From: a virus | Lineage: Duplodnaviria > Caudoviricetes | Reading direction: 5' to 3' (one strand) | DNA: 27,940 bases | IMG/VR virus record: IMGVR_UViG_3300021425_003307 | Coordinates: 1-27,940 of that record | Notes under the pieces: generated by a model | Database searches by the model: none | What the model was told of the DNA's origin: nothing | What the model saw: the letters and a program-made list of their open reading frames with translations, nothing else | Made by a program: the position numbers and the translations under genes | Shown: positions 8,679-18,334 of the stretch, piece by piece | How the letters are laid out: every line of letters starts with the position of its first letter | How positions within the stretch are numbered: position 1 is the first letter of the stretch

Positions 8679-9757
8679 TTAAGTTTTTGGGCCATTTTTT
8701 TATCTGTCTTATTAAATAGATGAGAATTCTTTGAGACAAAATTATGAATATAGTCCCTCTGTTTATTCTGATCTATATCTCTGTTAAGCCAGTTAGTTAT
8801 ATTATAACCAGACTTATACATTTCTCCAAAATCATTTGCATTTTGTGGCAGCTTAATAGTCAGATTATCCAAATCAAAATACTTAGCTAATTTCAAATAG
8901 TTTTTTATTGCCGCTATTAAACCTCTATTCTCTGAAGAGCTAATATCATTATTAGTAGAGATGTATATTTTGTCTAAGGTCTTGCTGGATAGATAGTTGA
9001 TGATGTTCGAACTAGCTGACAAACCAAATAACACCAAAACATTCTTCACTCCTTGATCATAAAGAGCCATAGCATCGCCTATACTCTCAACCAAGATAAC
9101 CGTTCTTAGTTTATCTATCTCTTCGCTGCATTCATTCCCCTCAACATAAGCTGGATAAATCCAAGTGTTCTTTCTACCTATATGCTTCCATTTAGGATAG
9201 TTATTATCTTCGTCTATCTTACGGCCAGAGAACCCAATAATCTGTTTGGTTTCGTTGTATATTGGGAAGACCATTCTTCTATACATCTTTCCTACACCAG
9301 CTAATCCCACTTTAAAAGATACTTGGGTCATCTCTGAAATACCCTTGTCTTTATAAAATTTGTAATTTGGGAACAGCTTATCTAAACAATCATCTGGGTA
9401 AAATTGCTCCATTTCTATCCTGTCTACTTTTTTTGCGACATAAGTTTTGTCACTTTTGATTTTCTTTATAGTTTCAGAGAACTTCTCACTATCGCCTACA
9501 GTCATTCGAACTAAAGCCTCAAAAGGTAAAGACCCTTTAGGCTCAACGAAGTCCATCCAGACTCCAGAGTTCTTGTAAATTTTTAAGGCTGTCGCATTAT
9601 CCCCATTCCTATAAAGAGCTTGAGATCTCCAATGATCTCCACAATCAATAAGTTTGTAACCTATTGATGTCAGAACTTTTTCAAACTCTTCAGAAGGAAC
9701 CAAGTTCTGGGATGTCGCTTCTCTCCTGTCTTGCTGGTGCATCTGGTATACTGTCAT
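8675..9757 (-). CDS. DnaG-like primase (TOPRIM); true start possibly TTG at 9703
   Basis: RRMVFPIYN....IIGFSGR, PKWKH, ILVESIGDAMAL, LFG, STNND and NDFGE; adjacent to the helicase. Confidence 0.85.
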   Translation of the reverse strand: MTVYQMHQQDRREATSQNLVPSEEFEKVLTSIGYKLIDCGDHWRSQALYRNGDNATALKIYKNSGVWMDFVEPKGSLPFEALVRMTVGDSEKFSETIKKIKSDKTYVAKKVDRIEMEQFYPDDCLDKLFPNYKFYKDKGISEMTQVSFKVGLAGVGKMYRRMVFPIYNETKQIIGFSGRKIDEDNNYPKWKHIGRKNTWIYPAYVEGNECSEEIDKLRTVILVESIGDAMALYDQGVKNVLVLFGLSASSNIINYLSSKTLDKIYISTNNDISSSENRGLIAAIKNYLKLAKYFDLDNLTIKLPQNANDFGEMYKSGYNITNWLNRDIDQNKQRDYIHNFVSKNSHLFNKTDKKMAQKLK

Positions 9758-11228
9758 CTAATACTGCATCTCCGTTTTGAACAGCAACGATATCTCTCAA
9801 GTCGCCGCGTTCTGAAATATTGAAATTATTAAAATTCAAATTGATGAAATTTTTGCGAAGAGAATCTTCTACTTGAACTGGCTCTAAAGCGCCAGCAATA
9901 TCTCTACCCAAACTGCGATACTTAACACTGATCATTTTGTGAGTGCCAAATCTTTCCCCCTCCAGCTGAACTTCGTCTTCTGTCTTACGTCTAAGAATAA
10001 ACATGTGAGAACAGAACTGTGTGATTCGGTCCGACAGAGAAACTATACTCTCATCGTCAATTATGTTTTGAGCGTTTCTGTTTGTGGTTATACCGCTCCT
10101 GTTAGATTGAACGGAAGTAATCATCGGAATAACTGGGTCTCCATCTTCAAGAACCTCTTTTTGGATACACCTCTTAAACTTATCAACCATCTCTCCGACA
10201 ACCTGCCACTCGTTTTTATTACCCGCTGAGTCGTTTGTTGTTTTGATATAATCAAAAGAGAAGACCATTTTATTACCCCTACCAACAGTGGAATAGTAGA
10301 ATCTTTTCAAGGTGTTGATCATAACATCAACATCCATACCGCCAACATTGTAGTAGTAGAATTTTAAATCTTTAACTCTAGACCAAACAGACCTAACCTT
10401 ATTGACGACATCTTGCCCAGCGTTTCTCCAATTGCCACTTTCTAGCAGGTGCATTGGGACTCCAGAGTGAGCAGCACACTGACGCATGATAAGCTCTTCC
10501 TTACTCATCTCCCCATTATCAAAGTGTAAAACTGGGACATTGTATTTTAAAGCTACTTTAGTAGCGTAATCCATACAGAATTGAGTTTTACCCACACCAG
10601 AACGAGCTACAATAACGGTGATATTACCCGGACGCAAAAGAGATCCGTAAATGTCATTGACCTTTTGATGCGGCCCCATCATCCCAAACTCTTCGATTGG
10701 ATTATTGCCTCGTTCTTCAATGATATGCTCCATGTCGTCATAGATATTTTCAGGAACATCATTACCGATATCGAAGAGATTAATTCTAGAGTTATAAATC
10801 TGATCAGCAGTCTCAACAATATCTCTATAAGAAGATTCTGGAGCTATAGTCTTCATCTTCTCAGCTATAAGCTCTGAAGATTCAACTATCTCACGCCTAA
10901 TGGAGTATTTCTTAAGCTCTTTACAAGTCTTAATAAGATTCCCAGAAGGGACAGCTCTCATAGAGAGAGACTTAATATAATCAGCAGGGTTGATATTACC
11001 CTCAAAGCTTAAACCTACTTCATTAACTCGTTGAGCTAAGATGATGTTGTCTACCTCCTCTCCAGCATCAACAGACTGCTTGATGACTCTGAAGATGGTA
11101 GCATGTAAGGGTGAAGCCTCAGAAAAAAAGTCTTTATGACTAATAAAGTTTGAAATCTCTATGAGAGACTGGGGATCTTTTAACAGCCCAGCTAAAAGTT
11201 GTTTTTCTAATTCGTAGCTATAAATCAT
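9690..11228 (-). CDS. dnaB: Replicative DNA helicase, DnaB family
   Basis: DnaB N-terminal domain (ELEKQLLAGLL...DFF), Walker A ARSGVGKT, EMS.EEL..R, DYI and VQSNR. Confidence 0.92.
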   Translation of the reverse strand: MIYSYELEKQLLAGLLKDPQSLIEISNFISHKDFFSEASPLHATIFRVIKQSVDAGEEVDNIILAQRVNEVGLSFEGNINPADYIKSLSMRAVPSGNLIKTCKELKKYSIRREIVESSELIAEKMKTIAPESSYRDIVETADQIYNSRINLFDIGNDVPENIYDDMEHIIEERGNNPIEEFGMMGPHQKVNDIYGSLLRPGNITVIVARSGVGKTQFCMDYATKVALKYNVPVLHFDNGEMSKEELIMRQCAAHSGVPMHLLESGNWRNAGQDVVNKVRSVWSRVKDLKFYYYNVGGMDVDVMINTLKRFYYSTVGRGNKMVFSFDYIKTTNDSAGNKNEWQVVGEMVDKFKRCIQKEVLEDGDPVIPMITSVQSNRSGITTNRNAQNIIDDESIVSLSDRITQFCSHMFILRRKTEDEVQLEGERFGTHKMISVKYRSLGRDIAGALEPVQVEDSLRKNFINLNFNNFNISERGDLRDIVAVQNGDAVLDDSIPDAPARQERSDIPELGSF

Positions 11229-11455
11229 AGTTCTTCAGCTCTCTCTTTTTCCAATCTATCTAAATACTGAGATAAAGCCTTTATCAAACCTAATTCTGTA
11301 ATCGAAGAATCAAATTTACTATACACTATAGGGTCTCCTGATTCATTAGCAGCCACCATTATGACACCCTTATGCCTGTCTGAATCCCCAGAAATCTCGT
11401 AAATCTTCTCTACAAAACCACTTGGGATTGAAAATGCCTCGTTGTCTTCACTCAT
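11225..11455 (-). CDS. Hypothetical protein (76 aa)
   Basis: ATGA-coupled to both neighbours. Confidence 0.75.
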   Translation of the reverse strand: MSEDNEAFSIPSGFVEKIYEISGDSDRHKGVIMVAANESGDPIVYSKFDSSITELGLIKALSQYLDRLEKERAEEL

Positions 11456-11859
11456 AAATAAATGTCTTGGTTTTCAAAAAATGACTCATCTACTGTGTCA
11501 TCAGGGTATATCTCTACGAGCTTTATATCGTTCATCTCACAGAAGTCTAGCTTTTTCTGATCTCTTTTCAGTTGATCTAAAAACTTGTACCTATTCTTAT
11601 GGAAATGTTTGACGTATCTAGTATGTTGAGCGCCTTGAACTTCAATAGCAATTTTTTTATTTGCATTGTAGAAGTCTAGTGATAACCGACTACCAACTAT
11701 TCTAAATTCTTCAAATACAATATCTGTACTCCAATATGGGTAGAGGAAATCTTTTACGCCTTTTTGAAACTTACTTCTGCTAGACGCATCCCAGTCTATG
11801 TGATATTTTCTGGGGTTTTTTAGATTCCTTAGTTTACCATCTGTGGAGTAGAACTTCAT
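11452..11859 (-). CDS. Vsr/DUF559-like endonuclease
   Basis: LDFY....KIAIEVQGAQH ... QLKRDQKK..FC..NDIKLVEI. Confidence 0.8.
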   Translation of the reverse strand: MKFYSTDGKLRNLKNPRKYHIDWDASSRSKFQKGVKDFLYPYWSTDIVFEEFRIVGSRLSLDFYNANKKIAIEVQGAQHTRYVKHFHKNRYKFLDQLKRDQKKLDFCEMNDIKLVEIYPDDTVDESFFENQDIYL

Positions 11860-12986
11860 TCTTCTCCATTAAAGATTTTTTTGAAGTAAGCTATAAGGTA
11901 TTGGCAAAGAGAAGAGTCGTCTTCAATAAGAGAAAACAATTTATTCTCTCCCTGCACTTTTTCTGGAAGAGAAAAACCTCCTTCAGCTAATACGTTCTGA
12001 AAATCTTCTGTAATAGAAATCCAAGCTCCAGCCTTTTTAATAAACTCCCAAGCTTCAAGAGCGCCGATAATTTCTTTCTCCACCCAGATTGAGGTTCCCC
12101 CAGTCCTACCGTAGCGAATAGGATAAGAGATTCTAGTGTTAGTCTTCTCATTTGGAGACTTCTTAACAATCACCTTAGCATAATGACCAATTGCAGGATT
12201 AGTCTTTGGGTCCATCTTCTTGTTTGATGGATTAAGTAGTATTTGGTCCCCAGAAAATCTAGGCTCAAATTCAATAATCCAGTTTGCGAAGTGTAGCAAA
12301 GCGTTTCCTCCTGTTGCGGTAGTTTGGCGAACAGGAGCCTTGCTATATGGATCTAGTTTGATATCAGCTCTGACTTGAGAAATGAAGATTGCCATATGAC
12401 CTCTTTTACCAAGAGCGATTGACATCTTCTTCATGAATGTTGCGGCAATGTTAGCTCCACCTGCAACCTGAACTGACTCCTCAAAAGTTTTTTCGTTGTC
12501 AGCTTTTTTAATCAAACCATCTACAGAGTCCAAGCAAAAACAGTATTTGTTCTTCTCTTCGTTTGAGGCTACAAGCTGCCTCATTAAGTCCACTACGGTT
12601 TCATAAATGTTAGACTCAAAAACAAAACAAGTACCATCTTCCCATTCATCGTAATTATAGACAAACTTAACGCCACAACGCTTAATCATCTGCTCTGAAA
12701 GTCTACCCTCAGCTTTGATGTAAACACCTTTTGCTTTCGGCATTTTCAAGAAGTTCTTCATAACTTCTAAGGATGCAGATGTTTTGCCTCCTTCATTCAT
12801 TCCAACAAACCTATGCAGCCCGGGGCCAAATCCGCCATCGAGGTGATGGTCAAATTCAAGAGATCCACTCGAAACTCTATAGTTCACTTGCTCCTCAAAG
12901 TTGAAGTGATCCTCTTTATTATTCTTCAAAAAATTATTTAACAAACTTTTTGAGTCTACTGTCGCTGTTGTCTTCTTGTTAGCCAT
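11856..12986 (-). CDS. RecA/UvsX-like recombinase
   Basis: SSGSLEFD..L.GG, Walker A GMNEGGKTS, LDSVDGL, FISQVR and TGGNALLHFA. Confidence 0.9.
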   Translation of the reverse strand: MANKKTTATVDSKSLLNNFLKNNKEDHFNFEEQVNYRVSSGSLEFDHHLDGGFGPGLHRFVGMNEGGKTSASLEVMKNFLKMPKAKGVYIKAEGRLSEQMIKRCGVKFVYNYDEWEDGTCFVFESNIYETVVDLMRQLVASNEEKNKYCFCLDSVDGLIKKADNEKTFEESVQVAGGANIAATFMKKMSIALGKRGHMAIFISQVRADIKLDPYSKAPVRQTTATGGNALLHFANWIIEFEPRFSGDQILLNPSNKKMDPKTNPAIGHYAKVIVKKSPNEKTNTRISYPIRYGRTGGTSIWVEKEIIGALEAWEFIKKAGAWISITEDFQNVLAEGGFSLPEKVQGENKLFSLIEDDSSLCQYLIAYFKKIFNGEE

Positions 12987-12987
12987 T

Positions 12988-13431
12988 TTAATTATCTTCT
13001 AAAAAATCTTTCAATGTTACCCTCTTCTTCTCCACAAAGCGATCTTCGCCGCTCTTCTCGCCTAGATTGTACTGTGGATACTTTGATTCGTCTACCACAT
13101 AATTAAACGCTCTGAATTTTTTGTCAAGAGTATCTTTAAGCTTAGGGCTTCTTAAATAAGTGAGCGACTCAAACTGACGGTGGAAGTTAACCACGTTCAT
13201 AAATTCCAACGAATACTTCTCAATCAAGTCGTTCAAGAACTTCATTTCTTTTTGATAAAAAAGTCTTTTGTTTTTTACAGGCTCCTCAACAAGCCTCTTT
13301 AATATGTCCCTCTTACTTATCTTAGGCTTGGCGACCTTCTTCTTCTTGAAAACGTGACCACAGATGCACAAGGATACCCCAGCCGCAATCAATGATTCAC
13401 AGCTAGGGCATGTCTTTTTACCTCTTGGCAT
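12988..13431 (-). CDS. Hypothetical protein with N-terminal zinc ribbon
   Basis: KTCPSC...CICGHVF followed by a basic tract. Confidence 0.75.
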   Translation of the reverse strand: MPRGKKTCPSCESLIAAGVSLCICGHVFKKKKVAKPKISKRDILKRLVEEPVKNKRLFYQKEMKFLNDLIEKYSLEFMNVVNFHRQFESLTYLRSPKLKDTLDKKFRAFNYVVDESKYPQYNLGEKSGEDRFVEKKRVTLKDFLEDN

Positions 13432-13437
13432 AAATCT

Positions 13438-13466
13438 AGGTTACCACTCTCTGAGATCGTGTGCAA
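13438..13466 (-). promoter_or_regulatory. Putative promoter TTGCAC-N17-TAACCT with extended TG, 6 nt upstream of ATG at 13431
   Basis: Minus strand reads TTGCAC acgatctcagagagTGg TAACCT agattt ATG; it heads the replication operon. Confidence 0.5.
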
Positions 13467-14469
13467 CCATTTTTCTGACTAATTCTAGAAAATCAGTCTG
13501 AGGCTCCCAGTTAAGGTCTCTCCTTGCTGATGAGGAGTCTCCTAGAAGAAGGTCTACTTCAGCAGGGCGGTAGAATTCAGGATTGATCTGTACCAGAACC
13601 TTATCTTCGTGGTAATATTTTTCATCAACTTCACGACCTTCCCAACGACACTTCTCTAAACCAAACCCTGCAAAATTAAAAGCTTCCTCAACGAATTCAC
13701 GGATAGTATGAGTTTCATTTGAAGATAAGACGTACTCTTTTGGCTCTTCTTGATTGAGCATTAGCCAAACACCTTCGACAAAGTCTTCCGCATCACTCCA
13801 GTCTCGCTTGGCATCTACATTGCCTAACTCAAGAGGCTCAAAATCACCATTAATATATTCATTTTTAATGCGAGCTACGTTTTTGGTAATCTTACGAGTT
13901 ACAAACTCTTCTCCGCGACGAGTTCCTTCATGGTTGAAGAGCCATCCTTGAATGGCGAACAAATTATAAGAGTCTCTCCATACTTTTACCATGTGCCTCG
14001 CACTAGCCTTAGAAACACCGTAAGGGCTTCTTGGTCGCAAAGGATGAAGTTCTGACTGTGGAGAATACAAAACGTCTCCAAACTCCTCTGAAGAGCCAGC
14101 ATTGTAGTATCTACAACTTGGACAATATTTACGAATTGCTTCAAGCTGATATAAAACAGCCATAGCATTTGTCTCCATGTGATTGACTGGCATCTTCCAA
14201 CTCACACCAACAAAAGAATTTGCAGCAAAATTAATAAAGTAATCTGGTTTTTCTTCCGCAACAACTATCTCCGTATTAGCCTGATCAGCAACATCCAAGT
14301 CAATTAGCTTAAACCGAGGATGGCTAAGAAGATGAGCGATATTAACGTGATTCTTAACGCTCAACCTACGGACACCAGCAACAATAAGATGCTCTGTATT
14401 CTTCAAGAGGTAATCAGCCATAAAGCTGCCGTCTTGTCCTGTAACTCCTGTAATGATTACTTTCTTCAT
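13441..14469 (-). CDS. gmd: GDP-mannose 4,6-dehydratase
   Basis: ITGVTGQDGS, SSEEFG, PRSPYGVSK, LFNHE..RRG.EFVTRKI, LGN.DAKRDW and YRPAEVD.LLGD. Confidence 0.95.
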   Translation of the reverse strand: MKKVIITGVTGQDGSFMADYLLKNTEHLIVAGVRRLSVKNHVNIAHLLSHPRFKLIDLDVADQANTEIVVAEEKPDYFINFAANSFVGVSWKMPVNHMETNAMAVLYQLEAIRKYCPSCRYYNAGSSEEFGDVLYSPQSELHPLRPRSPYGVSKASARHMVKVWRDSYNLFAIQGWLFNHEGTRRGEEFVTRKITKNVARIKNEYINGDFEPLELGNVDAKRDWSDAEDFVEGVWLMLNQEEPKEYVLSSNETHTIREFVEEAFNFAGFGLEKCRWEGREVDEKYYHEDKVLVQINPEFYRPAEVDLLLGDSSSARRDLNWEPQTDFLELVRKMVAHDLREW

Positions 14470-15287
14470 GTTTTTAATAAATCTTCTATTGAGTACATTT
14501 TCCTCATATAGGGACTAACGTCCTTCAATACGCTTTCTGCCATATCTCCCTCTCTACGAGGCGCATACTCAAAATTAATATCTAGATTGTTACTTTTCTT
14601 AAAAATATTAAACATCTCTAATACAGAAGTACCATATCCATGACCAAGATTCTCAATCTTATTGGCTGGTTTGTCTATAGATAATTTAATCGCTTCGCAG
14701 ATCTCGTTTACATGGACATAGTCCCTAATACAAGTTCCATCTTTTGTATTGTAGTCTTTACCAAAGATTTTAAATACGCCAGTCTCTTTTGATTTTACTA
14801 AATTGTAAAATAATCCATCTGGGTTTTTTACGTCAATACCATCTGAACCAATCACATTGTAAAATCTAAAAATAGTATAATCTATACCCTGCTCCTTACA
14901 GGTTTGTGAAACTATTTCTTCGGCAACTTTCTTCGATATCCCATAAGGAGAAGCCATCCCTTCAGCAGCACCAGTGGAAGCAAAGATAAAATTATTAGTT
15001 CTTATATGCTTAAGAATGTTTAATGTTCCAACAATGTTAGTTTCGTAATACAATACTGGATCTTTAACAGACTCACCCACTCTCATCTCAGCAGCAAGAT
15101 GCACCACGCAATCAAATTTTTGATGGTATTTTAGATATTCTGGATTGCGTATATCTGCGTGGATAAATTTGACAGGAATTTGAGTTTCGTCTTTATCCAA
15201 ACCAAATACTTTGAATTCAGATTTAATTATTTTTAATAAGTGAGAACCTATATAGCCAGAAGAGCCAGTTACCAATACAGTCTTCAT
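14466..15287 (-). CDS. NAD-dependent epimerase/dehydratase, GalE-like
   Basis: TGSSGYIGSH, HLAA...VGESV..P..YY, YGISK, G.DYNTKDGTCIRDYVHV and RREGD. Confidence 0.88.
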   Translation of the reverse strand: MKTVLVTGSSGYIGSHLLKIIKSEFKVFGLDKDETQIPVKFIHADIRNPEYLKYHQKFDCVVHLAAEMRVGESVKDPVLYYETNIVGTLNILKHIRTNNFIFASTGAAEGMASPYGISKKVAEEIVSQTCKEQGIDYTIFRFYNVIGSDGIDVKNPDGLFYNLVKSKETGVFKIFGKDYNTKDGTCIRDYVHVNEICEAIKLSIDKPANKIENLGHGYGTSVLEMFNIFKKSNNLDINFEYAPRREGDMAESVLKDVSPYMRKMYSIEDLLKT

Positions 15288-15976
15288 TTTAAAAAAACTT
15301 CCATGCTTTGAATTTGATCGAGTAAAAATGTGGTATCCATACCCATGCTTACTATTTTATAATCTTTGAACTTATTTTCAAGCTCTTCTTTTATATTAGA
15401 TACAATATGGACGCATCGTTTTTCTTTGTGTATTTTATTCTCAAACTCAGATATGATGGACTTGTATTTTGGGTTATCCCAATCTGCAACGCAACCTACG
15501 TCAGCAGATAAGTCGTAAGGGCCAAGCATGAAGTAATCAAAGTTATCTTTGATCGAGTCTAGTAAATCTATTCCAGATCTTGTTTCAATCTGAGCAATTA
15601 GCTTGGGATTTCTGTTTTGTAGTAATTCTTTTCTCCGTCCCCAACCGTTCTCACATACGAGTCCTTGGCCCCTCTTACCAAGTGGAGGATACAAACACCA
15701 GTCTAAAATTGATTGAGCATAATCTTCAGAATTCACTGTTGAAAAGATCACACCGTAAAGTCCAGCATCCAAGCAGTGCCTGACTTTGGTTTTATTCATT
15801 TCCGAAAATCTAACAAAAGTCTTTTTACCAGCATGATTAGCTAGCTGAATTGATGTTACAAGAGTTTCAGAATTAAATGCTCCATGCTCATCGTCAAAAA
15901 CAATACCATTAAAACTGCTTTGACAGTAGATTGTTGTGATCTGAGAGGATGGTATTTGTTGCCAAAGAAGCTTCAT
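15284..15976 (-). CDS. HpcH/HpaI class II pyruvate aldolase
   Basis: DDEHG, FVR, YPPLGKRG, AQIET and GPYDLS. The start is better placed at ATG 15976 (TAATG overlap with the upstream stop). Confidence 0.88.
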   Translation of the reverse strand: MKLLWQQIPSSQITTIYCQSSFNGIVFDDEHGAFNSETLVTSIQLANHAGKKTFVRFSEMNKTKVRHCLDAGLYGVIFSTVNSEDYAQSILDWCLYPPLGKRGQGLVCENGWGRRKELLQNRNPKLIAQIETRSGIDLLDSIKDNFDYFMLGPYDLSADVGCVADWDNPKYKSIISEFENKIHKEKRCVHIVSNIKEELENKFKDYKIVSMGMDTTFLLDQIQSMEVFLK

Positions 15977-16605
15977 TATTCGTGTCCTTTCAAAACATTC
16001 CAATCTTCTTCTGTATCTATATCTAAATTATAAGGAAATCCAACTTTAAAAATATAAGGATTATTACCTATCCTGTTATGCATGTCTAGAACTTCAGGTT
16101 TAAATGTGTATAAATACGAGTTTTCACAATACCACTCTGGTAAATCTTGTGTCTGTTCAAGTTTGACTGGATTATGATTAACGGGGCATAGGCCATATTT
16201 CTCTTTTCTCCAAAATCTTTTTTGAACCGCATCTACAGAAAAAACAGAGTCGAAACCTTCCTTTATTTTATAGTTGGAGAAGGTAATATGATTAACATCA
16301 AGAAGTGGAGATGTTACATGGATTTGGCAGATAGTATCTTGAATATTAAATCTTTTTACAAAACTCTTCAATAAGTCCACAACTGAAACTTCATCACCCT
16401 GAAAGTTTTCGTCCCTTAAAAAGGGTTTTACCCAAGGTTTGGACATGCATCCATCCATGATCTCCAATGAGTCCGTATCCACATAAACTTCAAAATCTTT
16501 AAGTTTGTCAATAGTATGCTCCCATAAAGGCTTTCCTTTAAATATTCTAAAGTTTTTTTCTGGGACTCTTTGTGAGTTTTTTTTAATTGGTATGTATACA
16601 ATCAT
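15976..16605 (-). CDS. CMP-ulosonic acid synthetase (acylneuraminate cytidylyltransferase family)
   Basis: IPIKKNSQRVPEKN.R.F.GKPL, VDTD, HVTSPL and DIDTEEDW. The start is better placed at ATG 16605 (ATGA overlap). Confidence 0.88.
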   Translation of the reverse strand: MIVYIPIKKNSQRVPEKNFRIFKGKPLWEHTIDKLKDFEVYVDTDSLEIMDGCMSKPWVKPFLRDENFQGDEVSVVDLLKSFVKRFNIQDTICQIHVTSPLLDVNHITFSNYKIKEGFDSVFSVDAVQKRFWRKEKYGLCPVNHNPVKLEQTQDLPEWYCENSYLYTFKPEVLDMHNRIGNNPYIFKVGFPYNLDIDTEEDWNVLKGHE

Positions 16606-17594
16606 TTTAAATATTTTTCTATTTTTTGTAGAGATTGCTTTACAGCCATCCACATGTCTAAATACTTGTAAGTAGCTAATCTACCAGTAAAGATTATGTT
16701 GTTTTCCTGTTTAGCTAAATTTTTATATTTTTTGTATAACTGATTAGGCTCTTTAAATGGTAATGGGTAAAAAGGTATATTTGTTTCAGTGTGTTCGACA
16801 GGGTATTCCTTTGTAATTACCGTCATAGTGTCGTTATCTTTGCTAAAATAACTATGATCATACTTTCTCGTATATTTTGTTTTTTTTGTATTTTGGTTTT
16901 CGACAAGATACTGCATTTTTTTATCGGAAACCTCATGCTTAAATATTAGACTCCTGTAAGGCAATCTGCCATATCTATAGTTGTAATATTCATCAATTTT
17001 ACCTGTGTATACAACAAGATCGTAATTCTCTTTTTTCCATTCTTCTTTGTTGCAATTTAATTTTACATAAATACCAGATATCATTTTTTTAAACATTTCT
17101 GTATAACCATTTTTAGGAATACATTGATATTTATCATTCTTAAACCAAGTTGGGTCTTCCAACTCGGAAGTGTCTGGAATTCTTTTTGTTATTGATTTTG
17201 GTATCTCTTCAAAAGGTAGACCCCACTGCTTCTCCGAATAATCTTTAAAAATATATTTTTCGATTTCTTCCGCACTTAGCTCTCTACCTATTTCTGAGAT
17301 AGTTTTCTTACTGTAAGGTAAAGATATTTTTCCAATTTCAGTTACCCCTTTAGGTTTATAGGAGAATGGAGTCCACTCAGTAAACCTACTCAAAAAAGAA
17401 AAAACCTCTTCATCATTTGTATGAAAAATATGAGGGCCATAATGATGAACTAACGTATTGCATATTAATCCATCATAACAATTTCCTCCTATATGTTTTC
17501 TGGTTTCAAAAATCTTAACATTATACCCTTTATCTTTTAAGGCCACTGCTGCTGTAACTCCAGATAAGCCACAACCAACAATAATAGCATTCAT
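16602..17594 (-). CDS. glf: UDP-galactopyranose mutase
   Basis: IVGCGLSG, HIGGNCYD, H.YGPHIFHT, YQ.IP..GYT, LPYRSL and GRLATYKYLDM. Confidence 0.93.
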   Translation of the reverse strand: MNAIIVGCGLSGVTAAVALKDKGYNVKIFETRKHIGGNCYDGLICNTLVHHYGPHIFHTNDEEVFSFLSRFTEWTPFSYKPKGVTEIGKISLPYSKKTISEIGRELSAEEIEKYIFKDYSEKQWGLPFEEIPKSITKRIPDTSELEDPTWFKNDKYQCIPKNGYTEMFKKMISGIYVKLNCNKEEWKKENYDLVVYTGKIDEYYNYRYGRLPYRSLIFKHEVSDKKMQYLVENQNTKKTKYTRKYDHSYFSKDNDTMTVITKEYPVEHTETNIPFYPLPFKEPNQLYKKYKNLAKQENNIIFTGRLATYKYLDMWMAVKQSLQKIEKYLK

Positions 17595-18334
17595 TTTTTA
17601 TTCTTTAAGTTGTGGAGTTTTGATTCGTTGAACATTGAATTGTAAAAATTTTGCACATCAACATTTTCTTTTATAAGCTCTGTCTCTAAACCTTTTTGTT
17701 GATACATAAGTTTAAATTCATTGTGAGATAGGTTGTTGTGTTTTAATAGGCAAGTATTTAAATCTGAATGTATTCTTGACATTGAATCCATATTGCCCTG
17801 ACTTCTTGGTTCGCTAATTATGCCTTCGCAATAGACATTGCTAGTAACAGCAACTTTACCTAGAAAGCAAGATTCAATTACGTTAAAATAATGGCAACTA
17901 TCCCATATTCCTCCATAGATTGTCGGCATTGGGAAAAATAAGTCCAAAACAGACTTATGAACTATTTTCATTTGATTATTCGAAAATAAAAGACTCTGAA
18001 CTTTGTCATTGTTTTTTTTGGGATAATTTTTTGACTTTGAATCGCAAACTAAAACAAGTGGATTATAATCAATAAGGTCTTTTTTAATTTGATCTACTAC
18101 AGTGAGTTCTGTATCGCTAATGTATTTTACATCATAATCAGTAAACCAGTAGTAATCGTAATTACTAGGACGGTTAGTGAACAAATAATTTCTATTATTC
18201 GCCCAGCTCATACCTTTATTAAAGGATAAAGCTTCAGGGTTATATTCATCATGTGTGACAAAGAAAATATCTACGTTTTCGTTTCTATGAACAAGCTTTC
18301 CTTTGGGAGAAGTTTCTAACATGCATATTTTCAT
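17591..18334 (-). CDS. Hypothetical protein, possibly a divergent GT-A glycosyltransferase
   Basis: SWANNRN...YDYYWFTDYDV (DxD after a beta strand); lies within the sugar cluster. Confidence 0.5.
   Translation of the reverse strand: MKICMLETSPKGKLVHRNENVDIFFVTHDEYNPEALSFNKGMSWANNRNYLFTNRPSNYDYYWFTDYDVKYISDTELTVVDQIKKDLIDYNPLVLVCDSKSKNYPKKNNDKVQSLLFSNNQMKIVHKSVLDLFFPMPTIYGGIWDSCHYFNVIESCFLGKVAVTSNVYCEGIISEPRSQGNMDSMSRIHSDLNTCLLKHNNLSHNEFKLMYQQKGLETELIKENVDVQNFYNSMFNESKLHNLKNKK

Noticed and set aside
15976-16653. Long N-terminal overlaps in the ORF track for the aldolase (16003), CMP-synthetase (16653) and primase (9757)
   Set aside because: Downstream starts give family-typical N-termini and, for the first two, standard TAATG/ATGA coupling; the extensions are probably untranslated.
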